This document shows, one piece after another, positions 23,525-34,893 of a DNA stretch of 64,000 nt (the stretch's first letter is position 1; the number at the start of each line of letters is the position of its first letter). The DNA comes from an uncultured Solirubrobacteraceae bacterium (lineage in GTDB: Bacteria; Actinomycetota; Thermoleophilia; Solirubrobacterales; Solirubrobacteraceae), in NCBI GenBank assembly GCA_963826995.1, contig CAWGYZ010000006.1, positions 269,917-333,916 of the forward strand, read 5' to 3'. The position numbers were made by a program, and so were the translations under genes. The notes under the pieces were generated by a model that worked only from the letters and a program-made list of their open reading frames with translations, searched no databases and was not told the origin of the DNA.

Positions 23525-25186
23525 TCAGCGAGATTTGCCAAGCACGCGCGCAAGCAGATTGCGGGTCATCGCCACGACCCGCGGATCGGGCGAGGCGGGC
23601 GCATCGGGCGAGGCCTGTGGAACGGGCGAGAGCGCATACTCCCAACCGAGGGTTCCGGTGGCGAACACGAGCGCCCCCGAGCGCGCCTGATACAGCGTTG
23701 TCTGCGCCACCGTGCCGTGGACCGGCGACGGCTCATCCTCGCCCAGGCAGGTCACGCCCGTGCTGGTTCCAACCAGCAGCGTGCCCGCCGGCGTGGCGGG
23801 GGTGCGCTGGTCCAGCTCGTAGCCGACGACACCGGGAATGCGTGTTCGGGCGCTCACGCCGGCATGGGCGAACAGCCACGACGGTTGAAGACGCGGCGCC
23901 GGCGTCCACGGGTAGTAGCGATAGGTCGGAGGTCCGCTCCGCCTCACCCGCGGCGTGATGCATCCGTTGTAGGCGCTTCCTACCAGAGCAGCGCCGCCGA
24001 GCGGAAACAGACCCGAGGGCTCCGAGCGATCGGGGTCCCTGCCTGCCGACTCCTTGTAGGCGACGATCACGTGGTCGGGCTGGCCGGCCTGGCTGGAGGC
24101 GGCGCTGGCGCGCGCGAAGCGTACGCGCCAGGCCATCGTGTCCGAGCTGATGAAGATCAGGCTCCTCCCTTCATCGCGTGCCCGCGCGAAGGCCCGCTCG
24201 TCGCGCGCCGACCAGTACTCGGAGTGCCCGATGTCCATCAGCACGTGAGCCCGATCCACCTGCGCCGGATCGCCGTCGATGGACTCGATCGTGGTGTAGG
24301 ACACTGGATAGGCGTAGCGCTCGAGAAACCGCACCATCGCCACCTCGCGGTCGAAGAACTGCCCGGCGCCGGTCTGCGTCGCGTAGGGACGGTCATAGGA
24401 GACCTCGACGCCCTGTGTGCTGTGGGTGATGGTGACGCGCCTGCTCCCGCCCGGATACAGGCTGTCGCCTCCCCAGCTGTTGTAGGCCTCGTAGGAGGCG
24501 GTGGGGATCTCGACCAGCAGCCCTGTGGCGCGAAGCGAGCGAACGACGAACAGGCAGTCGCTCTGGGCTCCGTCGGAGGCGTGAAGCCTGGCGATGAACA
24601 CACCGCTGGGGAGAGCCTGCGGGATGCCGAAGGAGAGCGTGAGGCGCCAGTCACACTCGGTCAGTCCGGTCAGGTCGCGGTGGGTGCACGGGCGCTGGGC
24701 GATCGCCGGCAGGCGCGCGCTCTGCAGCACGAGCCGCCCGCCCGTTCCCCCGTACCAGCCCATCCGGTAGACCTGCACGGTGACCGTGCGCGCGCCGGGG
24801 GCGTTGACGTAGACGGTCTGCGTCTGGCCGGCGGCGATCGCCTGCTCGGCCACGTACCCCTCGACCGCGCCGCGCGCCTCCCCTCCGAGGAGATCGCGGG
24901 GACCCGGCAGCCGCCACGCCGTGGTGCCGCGCGCCCGGTTCTCGACGGCGATCGAGGGGGGAGGGCCCTGCGTGCGAACCAGCCAGCGAAAGCGGGGCTC
25001 CGCGTGCGCACCCCTCCCCTCCGTGGGTACCGGCGCCGGCGCCGCCGCAGCGCCGGCGCTACGATCGGTCCCTGCGCCGCCCTTGCCGCAGCCCGCCGCG
25101 ACGGCCAGGCACATGACCGCGGCCAGGATCAACGCCCCGCTGCTCGCGACGGGCCCCGGCAGCAACGGAAGCCCAGGGCGCCTCAA
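23525..25186 (-). CDS. lipoprotein of the N,N-dimethylformamidase beta-subunit-like family
   Basis: 553 aa. Lipobox (LAVAAGCG). The blocks YRMGWYGGTGGRLV, GVFIARLHASDG...LFVVR, TASYEAYNSWGGDSLY, VSYDRPY, and GHSEYWSARDERAFARARDEGRSLIFISSDTMAWRVRF match my memory of that family. Confidence 0.6.
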   Translation of the reverse strand: MRRPGLPLLPGPVASSGALILAAVMCLAVAAGCGKGGAGTDRSAGAAAAPAPVPTEGRGAHAEPRFRWLVRTQGPPPSIAVENRARGTTAWRLPGPRDLLGGEARGAVEGYVAEQAIAAGQTQTVYVNAPGARTVTVQVYRMGWYGGTGGRLVLQSARLPAIAQRPCTHRDLTGLTECDWRLTLSFGIPQALPSGVFIARLHASDGAQSDCLFVVRSLRATGLLVEIPTASYEAYNSWGGDSLYPGGSRRVTITHSTQGVEVSYDRPYATQTGAGQFFDREVAMVRFLERYAYPVSYTTIESIDGDPAQVDRAHVLMDIGHSEYWSARDERAFARARDEGRSLIFISSDTMAWRVRFARASAASSQAGQPDHVIVAYKESAGRDPDRSEPSGLFPLGGAALVGSAYNGCITPRVRRSGPPTYRYYPWTPAPRLQPSWLFAHAGVSARTRIPGVVGYELDQRTPATPAGTLLVGTSTGVTCLGEDEPSPVHGTVAQTTLYQARSGALVFATGTLGWEYALSPVPQASPDAPASPDPRVVAMTRNLLARVLGKSR

Positions 25187-25191
25187 TCCGA

Positions 25192-26904
25192 TCAGGCCTC
25201 ACACGAGCCGGCAAGGCCGAGGGCGCGGGCGATGGAGAAGCGCGCCACGACCACCACCGTGCCGGCTGTGCGAGCCGTCACCGACGTCCACCCCGAGGGC
25301 GCCCGCGCCACGCAGCCGCTCCCCCGCGCGAGCGTCCAGAAGCGGGTGAAGTGCACCCGCACCACGAACCGCCCCGGCGAGCTCGCGCGCAACGCGAACG
25401 AGTCGGCGCCCAGCGATGTCAACCGCCCCGGCCCCGATAGGAGTGGAGTGGCTGCGAGCACCCTGTACACGGTCCAGTGCCTGCTCGCGAACACCTCCTT
25501 CAGAAAGGGCAGGCCAGTGCGAATCAACCGGCCCTCCCCGGCGCTCGAGGGATCCAGCGGGGTGTCCGGGAGCGCCACGTATCCAACGGCCTCCTGCTGC
25601 AGCCAGCGCTCATACGAGGAGGCGTTCAGTCCGTGCGCGAGCAGTGCCCCGTCAAACCGTGTATCGAGCTGCTTCTCCCATCCGCGCGCAAGGGACACCG
25701 TCGGCGCGAGCAGCGCCGCCTCCCAGTGCGAGCGCGTGAACGGCACCTCGACGCGCACCGGCCCGCCGTCAGAGCTCTGCACACGGGCCAGGAAGCGCTC
25801 GACGGGTACGTAGTAGGAGGCCTCTGTCGATTCGTTGCCCGCCACCGCGAGCGTCTCACGCACCGGGCCCCACACGACCCACATGGCGGCCAGGCACAAC
25901 GCAAGCGCGGCCGCCAGGCTGAGCCGCCGCCCGGTGAGGGCCCGGTCCTGCGCAACCGCGCACAACAGCAGCGGCCCGGCCAGGAGGACGCCGTAGCGCT
26001 CGATATTGCTCCCCATCGGCGTGTGGATGATCAGGCACAGCAGGCACGCCCCGAGGTAGACGAGAGCGCCCATCCCCAGCAGTTGCCGGCGATCGGGCAG
26101 AGCCCACAGAAACGCCAGCACGACGACCGCGGTGGCCGCGAACGACACCGTCGGATAGGGCTCGAAGCCGCCTTCGGGAAACAGCGCCGCCAGCGCCAGG
26201 ACGACGGTGCAGGCCGGTACAGCCAGCACGAGGGCCGTGCGCGAGGAGCGCTGATGGAGAGCATGCGTGACCCCCGCCAGCGCAAGCAGCACGCCCGCCA
26301 CGGGGCTGGCCGCTGCGCACAGCGCCGCGAGCGCGGCGGCCCAGAAGAGGCGCCCGCGCTGGAGGGCGAGCGCGCAGGCGAGCGCCAGCGAGACGCCCAT
26401 CGCGAACACGAGACGGCCGATCCACACGTCGCCGACCGCCGCCACGGCGAACATCACCGCACCCCAGCGCGCGGCGGGGCCGTACGCGCGCAGCACGAGG
26501 CGCTCGAACAACACACACGAGGCGAGCACCGACAGGACCGCCACCAGCCGTAACCCCAGCAGCGAGGCGAGGGGTGGAAACAGCAGGCTGTACCCGGGCA
26601 GATAGTGGCCGGCATACCAGTGCTCGTCCCACACCGCGAAACCGAGATGTTCGAACAGCCCGACCCGGTACACCTGAGCCGCCAGATCGGGCGTGCGCAG
26701 ATCGGCGATCAGCCACACGGCAAGAAGGACCCCGGCCACCGGGAGCGCGAGGAGCCGCTCGGCCCACACCCGTCGGCTGCGAAGTCCCACGCCGGCGGGC
26801 GGGGCCATCCCACCGGGACCCCCGACATCGGCCACGCCGTAGGCCGATCTGAACAGCGGCCGATCGGCGATGGCGGCCGGCGTCGGTCTGGCTCTCATGC
26901 GCAC
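25192..26904 (-). CDS. polytopic integral membrane protein with C-terminal extracytoplasmic domain (function unknown; GT-C-like topology is only a guess)
   Basis: 570 aa with about 10 or more hydrophobic segments and a conserved-looking loop AQVYRVGLFEHLGFAVWDEHWYAGHYLPGYSLLFPPLA. It lies 5 bp upstream of the lipoprotein gene on the same strand. Confidence 0.6.
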   Translation of the reverse strand: MRMRARPTPAAIADRPLFRSAYGVADVGGPGGMAPPAGVGLRSRRVWAERLLALPVAGVLLAVWLIADLRTPDLAAQVYRVGLFEHLGFAVWDEHWYAGHYLPGYSLLFPPLASLLGLRLVAVLSVLASCVLFERLVLRAYGPAARWGAVMFAVAAVGDVWIGRLVFAMGVSLALACALALQRGRLFWAAALAALCAAASPVAGVLLALAGVTHALHQRSSRTALVLAVPACTVVLALAALFPEGGFEPYPTVSFAATAVVVLAFLWALPDRRQLLGMGALVYLGACLLCLIIHTPMGSNIERYGVLLAGPLLLCAVAQDRALTGRRLSLAAALALCLAAMWVVWGPVRETLAVAGNESTEASYYVPVERFLARVQSSDGGPVRVEVPFTRSHWEAALLAPTVSLARGWEKQLDTRFDGALLAHGLNASSYERWLQQEAVGYVALPDTPLDPSSAGEGRLIRTGLPFLKEVFASRHWTVYRVLAATPLLSGPGRLTSLGADSFALRASSPGRFVVRVHFTRFWTLARGSGCVARAPSGWTSVTARTAGTVVVVARFSIARALGLAGSCEA

Positions 26905-26913
26905 GCCAGGATA

Positions 26914-27600
26914 ATGACGACCGTGACAGCGTCAGCGCCCACACACATGCGCCGGCGAGCCCGCCGCGCCGGGCTCGCGCTGGCGGCGCTGTTGGCGGCG
27001 CTGGCCGCCGGCGGTTGCGCCACCGGGCACCCGCAGCCGATCGGCGCGCAGGCGCTCGCCGAAGCCGAGACGTTCCCCTATTTCCGGGTCTACTGGGTCG
27101 GCCCTCACTTCAGTGGCCAACCGCTGGCCGCGGCAGACGGTCAGAAGGGCTACGTCCGCTCGGTCGGCGACAGCGTCTACTACGGCGACTGCGTCCACAA
27201 GAAGGGCATCTTCGGCGGCGGCAGCTGCCTGCTCCCGCTGCAGGTCACGACCGTCATCTACAGCCTGCACTCGAATGCCACCCTCGGTCCCCAGCGCAAC
27301 ATCCTCGTGCGCGGCGTGCCCGCCACGGTCTACGACGAAGGACGCTCGATCGAGATCTACAGCGGAAGGGTCGCGATCGACATCTTCTCCGACACCTTCT
27401 CCCATGCGATCACGGCCGCCAACGAGCTGTTGCCCCTGAACGCGCCCGGCTCGGCCACGGGCAACCTGCCCCCGCCCATCTACTGCCCGGGGCTGTCGGG
27501 GGCGATCGGGGCGCCGCTCCAGAGGGTGATGGCCGACCTGCCCGGGCACGCCTGTCAGCGGGCGTCAGCGGCCGTGGCATTCGCCAACAGCCTGTCCTGA
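26914..27600 (+). CDS. hypothetical lipoprotein
   Basis: ATG at 26914 (or 26947). Signal plus lipobox RRARRAGLALAALLAALAAGGCA. The mature part looks protein-like. The first 103 codons of the tracked ORF were rejected. Confidence 0.5.
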   Translation: MTTVTASAPTHMRRRARRAGLALAALLAALAAGGCATGHPQPIGAQALAEAETFPYFRVYWVGPHFSGQPLAAADGQKGYVRSVGDSVYYGDCVHKKGIFGGGSCLLPLQVTTVIYSLHSNATLGPQRNILVRGVPATVYDEGRSIEIYSGRVAIDIFSDTFSHAITAANELLPLNAPGSATGNLPPPIYCPGLSGAIGAPLQRVMADLPGHACQRASAAVAFANSLS

Positions 27601-27624
27601 GGCGGGCCGCGCCCGCCGCCGGCG

Positions 27625-28716
27625 CTATCCGGGCACGGGGGGCCCGACTGGCTTGCCGATGTCGTGGCGCAGGCTGAGGAAGGCCAGAGAGCCGATCACG
27701 GCGGGGATCCAAAGTGAGATCGCACGGTAGATGACAACGGCAGCGAGCACCGTCGAAGCCGGGCGCACACCGAACAGCAGCAGCATGCCCACAAGCCCGC
27801 CTTCGACCGCAATGAAGCCGCCCGGAACCGGAACCGAGTTGGCCAGCATGCCCACCAGGTAGGCCATCGCCACCACCCACACCGACGGAGCGTCTCCGAA
27901 GGCGGCCAGGCACGCGTACAGGGCCAGGTTGTCGAACAGCCAGTAGGCGACCGCGCCCGACAGGCGCCAGTCGCCGGAGCGGATGAGCCCGATGGCGTCC
28001 GCCACGCCGCCGCTGAGCGCCGTCACGGCGACCCCCGCGCGGCCGCGCTCGAGTCGCTGGCGCGAAGCGGCCCGCCGCGCCCAGGCCGCCAGGGCGAGCG
28101 TTCCCGCAATGGTCGCAAGCGCCGCGACAGCCGGCAGCAGCGTCAGCAGGGGGTTGCGCGAGCCGGGCAGGAGCCCCAGCCACATCGGAATCCCGATCAG
28201 CACCACCGCGCCGACGTTGACGGCGCTCGTCAGCACGAAGATCAGCACCGAGCGCTTGGCGATTCGCTCGGCTGAGATCCCCTTGCTGCGCAACACCCAG
28301 GCTCCGAGCGCGATGCCCGCCAGCCCGCTGACGGAGACGACCGAGTTGACGGCCAGCTCCGACAGCGACAGACGCGAGATCAGGCGCCGCGAGAGCATCC
28401 CGAAGACAAGCCCGAACAGCACCACGTAGCCCACGCACGAGAGCACCTCGAGCACGATCCCACCGGCGACCCACGCCGGGTTGGCGTCGGCGATGCGGTC
28501 CGCGGCCGAGCGCAGGCCCGGCACGCTGAGCAGCAGCGCGACCACGATCGCGAAGAAGATCGCCAGGCTGATGATGCTGTTGCGCAGCGTGCGGGACTGA
28601 GCCGCCATGACACCGGCGGAGTCCTCACGGACGGTCTCCTCCTCAGCGATGGCGTCCTCCGGTGGGGTATGAACCTGCGATTCTTCGCATCCCGCTTCGC
28701 CCTCCTCTAGCATCAA
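27625..28716 (-). CDS. flippase-like / lysylphosphatidylglycerol-synthase-TM-domain (UPF0104) family membrane protein
   Basis: 363 aa with 8 or more TM segments. The start region …[57 protein letters not shown] is typical of TIGR00374-like proteins. The exact start is uncertain. Confidence 0.65.
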   Translation of the reverse strand: MMLEEGEAGCEESQVHTPPEDAIAEEETVREDSAGVMAAQSRTLRNSIISLAIFFAIVVALLLSVPGLRSAADRIADANPAWVAGGIVLEVLSCVGYVVLFGLVFGMLSRRLISRLSLSELAVNSVVSVSGLAGIALGAWVLRSKGISAERIAKRSVLIFVLTSAVNVGAVVLIGIPMWLGLLPGSRNPLLTLLPAVAALATIAGTLALAAWARRAASRQRLERGRAGVAVTALSGGVADAIGLIRSGDWRLSGAVAYWLFDNLALYACLAAFGDAPSVWVVAMAYLVGMLANSVPVPGGFIAVEGGLVGMLLLFGVRPASTVLAAVVIYRAISLWIPAVIGSLAFLSLRHDIGKPVGPPVPG

Positions 28717-28808
28717 GTCGCAAAGCCCACGCTAGCCTGAGAGCTGCATCCTCCGCGCGGGTTCGTCAGCAGCGACGCTACAGGCCCAGCCGGGGGATCA
28801 TCCCGAAA

Positions 28809-29498
<690 letters not shown>

Positions 29499-29508
29499 GG
29501 AGGCCGCA

Positions 29509-31002
29509 ATGAGCTTTCGCCGCCGCATCGCTCTGGCCTCATCCGCCGCGGTCGCGATTGCGGTCGTGCTCGCCTCGCTGCTGACCTACCTGCTCACCTC
29601 ACATCAGCTGCGAGGTCAGGTGGATACACAGCTGCGAACCCGCGCCGACAGCCTGCGCTTCGTTGCTGCCAACCCCGCACGCCGCGCTTCGGGCACGCTG
29701 CTTGATCTGATCAAACGCCAGGTCTCCGGCCAGCCGGCTCCGCGCACCGGGACGAGCACGCAGACCGGCCCGCTTGGCAACCTGCCGCCCCAGCCCAACC
29801 AGGTCCGCGGCTACCAGCAGCTCGTCGACCCCCATGGGCATGTGCTGTTCCGCTCGGCGAGCGTGACGCTGCCGGTCGACGCCCGCACGCGCGCGCTGGC
29901 GAGCGCCGCCGGTCCGCGCTTCTTCCATGACGCGCGCGTCAACGGCATCCACCTGCGCATCCTCACCGAGCACGTGGCGCCGATGCGAGCCGTCCAGCTT
30001 GCCCAGCCCCTGACCGAAGTCGACAACCTGTTGGCGCACCTGCGCCTGATCCTGGTGCTGCTCGACATCGGCGGAATCGCGCTGGCGGCACTGCTCGGAA
30101 GGCTCGTGGCCGGCACCGCCGTGCTTCCTCTCAAGCGCCTCACCCAGGCGACCGAGCACGTCGCGCTGACCCAGGATCTGAGCGGCCGCATCGAGCCGGT
30201 CGGCGAAGATGAGATCGGGCGGCTGGCCACCAGCTTCAACGCGATGCTCGACGCTCTGGAGAGATCGATGAACGCGCTCGACGCCTCGGTGCACGCCCAG
30301 CGAGCGCTCGTGGCCGATGCCTCGCACGAGCTGCGCACACCGGTGACCAGCCTGCGTACGAACATCGAGATCCTGCAGCAGGCCGAGGACATGGACAGCG
30401 GCGAGCGCGCGCGGCTGCTCAACGATGTCGTCGAGCAGATCGAGGAGCTGACCCTGCTGATGAACGACCTGATCGACCTGGCGCGGGGCGAGGAACCGCG
30501 CGCCGACGCCGAGGACCTGCGCCTGGACCTGGTCATCGGCGAGGTGGTCAATCGCGCTCGCAAGCGCGCTCCGTCCACGCCGCTGCACGTGCAGCTCGAG
30601 CCGACGGTCCTCGTCGGAGACCCCGCGCGGCTCCAGCGCGCGATCAACAACCTGATCGACAACGCCATCAAGTACAGCCCTCCGGGCGAGCCGGTCGAAA
30701 TCGCGCTGTCAGGCCAGGAGCTGAGGGTGCGCGACCACGGACCCGGGATCGCCGCCGAGGACCTGCCCCACGTGTTCGATCGCTTCTACCGCGGCGCCGA
30801 GGCCCGGGGCCGTCCCGGCTCAGGACTGGGGCTCGCGATCGTGCGCCAGGTGGCCGTTCAGCACGGCGGCAGCGTGGCCGCCGAGCGGGCATCCGGCGGC
30901 GGAACGCTGATGCAGCTGCGCCTGCCGGGCGCGGAGCCGGTCAAGGACCAGCGCAACGAGCCAGACGCGCTGGCCACCGGCACGCACTACTCGCCCGTGT
31001 GA
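29509..31002 (+). CDS. sensor histidine kinase (TM-HAMP-HisKA-HATPase_c)
   Basis: ATG at 29509. H-box FVADASHELRTPVTSL, N-box LIDNAIKYSP, G-boxes RDHGPGI and GSGLGLAIV. It lies 10 bp downstream of the regulator. Confidence 0.9.
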   Translation: MSFRRRIALASSAAVAIAVVLASLLTYLLTSHQLRGQVDTQLRTRADSLRFVAANPARRASGTLLDLIKRQVSGQPAPRTGTSTQTGPLGNLPPQPNQVRGYQQLVDPHGHVLFRSASVTLPVDARTRALASAAGPRFFHDARVNGIHLRILTEHVAPMRAVQLAQPLTEVDNLLAHLRLILVLLDIGGIALAALLGRLVAGTAVLPLKRLTQATEHVALTQDLSGRIEPVGEDEIGRLATSFNAMLDALERSMNALDASVHAQRALVADASHELRTPVTSLRTNIEILQQAEDMDSGERARLLNDVVEQIEELTLLMNDLIDLARGEEPRADAEDLRLDLVIGEVVNRARKRAPSTPLHVQLEPTVLVGDPARLQRAINNLIDNAIKYSPPGEPVEIALSGQELRVRDHGPGIAAEDLPHVFDRFYRGAEARGRPGSGLGLAIVRQVAVQHGGSVAAERASGGGTLMQLRLPGAEPVKDQRNEPDALATGTHYSPV

Positions 31003-31346
31003 AGCGCCCGCTCGCGAAAGCGCGCGGGCGACTCGCCGTAGCGGTGGCGGAAGGCCCGCGCGAAGTGGGGTGCCTGGCGGTAGCCGACGAGCCGGGCGAC
31101 GTCCGCAACCGGGATCGCCCGCTGGCTGACCAGCAGCTCAGCGGCCACCGACATCCGTCGCGCGAGCAGATCCTCCTGGAAGGTGCTCTCCCCGAACTGT
31201 GAGTACGCCCGCTGAATCTGACGCGGCGAGCTCGCCACGGCCGCGGCCACCACCGACAGCGTCAAGCGGCGGCGATAGTGGCGTGCCACGATCACCCGCG
31301 CGAGCAGGTACAGGCGCCGGCGCGCGGAGACGGTATGCGGGCGCAC
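30987..31346 (-). CDS. AraC-family HTH domain protein (short, DNA-binding domain only)
   Basis: 119 aa. LSVVAAAVASSPRQIQRAYSQFGESTFQEDLLARRMSVAAELL...VGYRQAPHFARAFRHRYGESPARFR shows the two AraC HTH units. Confidence 0.65.
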   Translation of the reverse strand: MRPHTVSARRRLYLLARVIVARHYRRRLTLSVVAAAVASSPRQIQRAYSQFGESTFQEDLLARRMSVAAELLVSQRAIPVADVARLVGYRQAPHFARAFRHRYGESPARFRERALHTGE

Positions 31347-31415
31347 AGCCCCTTCTCCGACCGCATCCGGCGGGCGGGACGCGCCGCGGTCTCGCGGCCC
31401 GGAGCGGTTCCGCGC

Positions 31416-32255
31416 TCAGGCGTAGTGGCGAGCGGTGCGCTCGGCCGCCGCACGGTAGGAGCCGCCGAACAGCAGCGCGTGCACGAGCAGGGGAAGCAGC
31501 TGGTAGAGCTCGACCCGCTGCTGTGATCCCGGTGCCAGCGGGGCGAGCTCCTCATAGGCTGAGAACACACGCTCCGACGGGGCCCCGAACAGCCTGAGCA
31601 TTGCCACATCGACCTCGCGATGACCCCCGTAGGCCGAGGGATCGATCAGCCATGGGCGGCCGCTGCGGTCGGCCATCACGTTGCCCGACCAGAGATCGCC
31701 GTGCAGCCGTGCGGGCGGCTCGGGCGGGCCACACAGCTCCCGCATCCGCTCGCACACGCTTTCGACGGCACGGATCGCCGGCTCGGGCAGCGCCCGGCGC
31801 CCGCGCGCGATCGCGGCGAGCGGCCGCAGGCGCCGCTCGGCATAGAACGTGGGCCAGTCCCCGGCGGGGTCGTTGGGTAACCCCAGCGAGCCGAAGCGCG
31901 CGGTGCCATGGCCCGGAGCGTCCTCCGCGACGCCGAAACACGGAGCGCCGGCAACGTGGGTCGCAGCCAGCCCCCGCCCCAGCTCCTCGGCGCCGGCGTC
32001 GTCCAGGCGACCGGGCTCGATCCACTCGAGCGCCAGGTAGCGCTCGTCCAGCTCCAGCACCCGTGGCGTGCGAAGAGCAGCCGGCTCAGCCAGCCAGGCC
32101 AGGCCGGCTGCCTCGGCCGCGTACTCGCCGGGGGAGGCGTCGGCGCGGGTCTTCACGAACGCATCGCTGCCGTCCGCGAGCACCACATGGAACGACTCGT
32201 TGATGTCCCCGCCACCGATCCGCCGGACGTCGCTGGCACCTGGCGGGAGGCTCAT
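31416..32255 (-). CDS. fructosamine kinase family protein
   Basis: 279 aa. RRIGGGDINESFHV, FVKTR, LHGDLWSGNV, LIDPSAYGGHREVDVAMLRLFG, and LYQLLPLLVHALLFGGSY are the family blocks. Confidence 0.8.
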   Translation of the reverse strand: MSLPPGASDVRRIGGGDINESFHVVLADGSDAFVKTRADASPGEYAAEAAGLAWLAEPAALRTPRVLELDERYLALEWIEPGRLDDAGAEELGRGLAATHVAGAPCFGVAEDAPGHGTARFGSLGLPNDPAGDWPTFYAERRLRPLAAIARGRRALPEPAIRAVESVCERMRELCGPPEPPARLHGDLWSGNVMADRSGRPWLIDPSAYGGHREVDVAMLRLFGAPSERVFSAYEELAPLAPGSQQRVELYQLLPLLVHALLFGGSYRAAAERTARHYA

Positions 32256-32758
32256 TCAGGCTCCCGGCCATCGCCGATCCGCGCCAGCAGGCCCGCGCAG
32301 GCCGCCTGCACCAGGTCGAGGACTTCGTCAAACCCGCCGGCGGCCCCGTAGTAGGGGTCGGGGACCTCCAGATCCTGATCTCCGGCGCCGGCCGGATCGA
32401 ACTCGCGCAGGAGCCTCACCTTGGCCCGCCGCTCATCGGCGCCGGCCAGCTCTCGCAGCTCGCGCAGGTTCGAGCGGTCCATCGCCAGGAGGAGATCGAA
32501 ATCGTCGAAATCGTCCTCGCGGACCTGACGCGCGGAGCCCTCGAGCGCGATGCCGCGGGCGCGCGCGGCGGCGACGGCGCGCGTGTCGGGCGGGTTGCCC
32601 ACATGCCACGCGCCCGTTCCGGCCGAGTCGAGCTCGATGCTGTCCTGCAGCCCGGCCTGCTCCACGAGCGCGCGCATGACGCCCTCGGCGGTGGGCGATC
32701 TGCAGATGTTGCCCAGGCACACGAACAGCAGGCGCACCGGCGCATCGCCTCTGGCCAT
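32252..32758 (-). CDS. low-molecular-weight protein-tyrosine phosphatase
   Basis: 168 aa with the P-loop LFVCLGNICRSP and the downstream D-P motif (VPDPYYG). It overlaps the next gene by 4 bp. Confidence 0.85.
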   Translation of the reverse strand: MARGDAPVRLLFVCLGNICRSPTAEGVMRALVEQAGLQDSIELDSAGTGAWHVGNPPDTRAVAAARARGIALEGSARQVREDDFDDFDLLLAMDRSNLRELRELAGADERRAKVRLLREFDPAGAGDQDLEVPDPYYGAAGGFDEVLDLVQAACAGLLARIGDGREPE

Positions 32759-34594
<1,836 letters not shown>

Positions 34595-34828
34595 GGGCCG
34601 CTACAGCGTAGAAGGCGCAGTCCCTCCGAGCCCGGCGCCGACCCGCTAGCGTTAATGGTCCGGCGGATCGCCAACTCGGCTATGGGCCTTCGAGGCTCGA
34701 CCGCGGCAACGCGCCGGCCCTCGGGTCGGCGGCCTGTCCAGGTGTCGGGAGTGTTAAGCCGCCCAGGCGAAACACAATAGTCCTGGGACGTATGTAGTGA
34801 GCGGCGATCTATGTTCGGCGCTGGCCGG

Positions 34829-34885
34829 TTGGGGGACCCCTCGGGGTCTCCCCAATCGGTCGGGTGAGCTTCGGCTCACCCGGCC
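34829..34885 (-). terminator. two tandem GC-rich stem-loops directly downstream of murJ (candidate intrinsic terminator, no U-tract)
   Basis: Hairpin 34858-34885 has stem CGGGTGAGC / GCTCACCCG with a TTCG loop. Hairpin 34829-34855 is TTGGGGGACCCCTCGGGGTCTCCCCAA. The first begins 9 nt after the murJ stop codon. Confidence 0.4.
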
Positions 34886-34893
34886 TCTGCTTG

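Noticed and set aside
23486-25813. 775-aa + strand ORF
   Set aside because: It is antisense to the DMFase-like lipoprotein and the membrane-protein genes. It is Arg/Ala/Gly/Pro-rich nonsense with no motifs.
25477-28474. Several 350-360-aa ORFs (25477-26553 +, 25856-26944 -, 27410-28474 -) and 44369-45463 +, 56433-57698 -, 58550-59680 -, 60100-61260 +, 61167-62462 +
   Set aside because: Each is an alternative frame or the antisense strand of a gene with clear family motifs. All have extreme Arg/Gly/Pro/Ala content.
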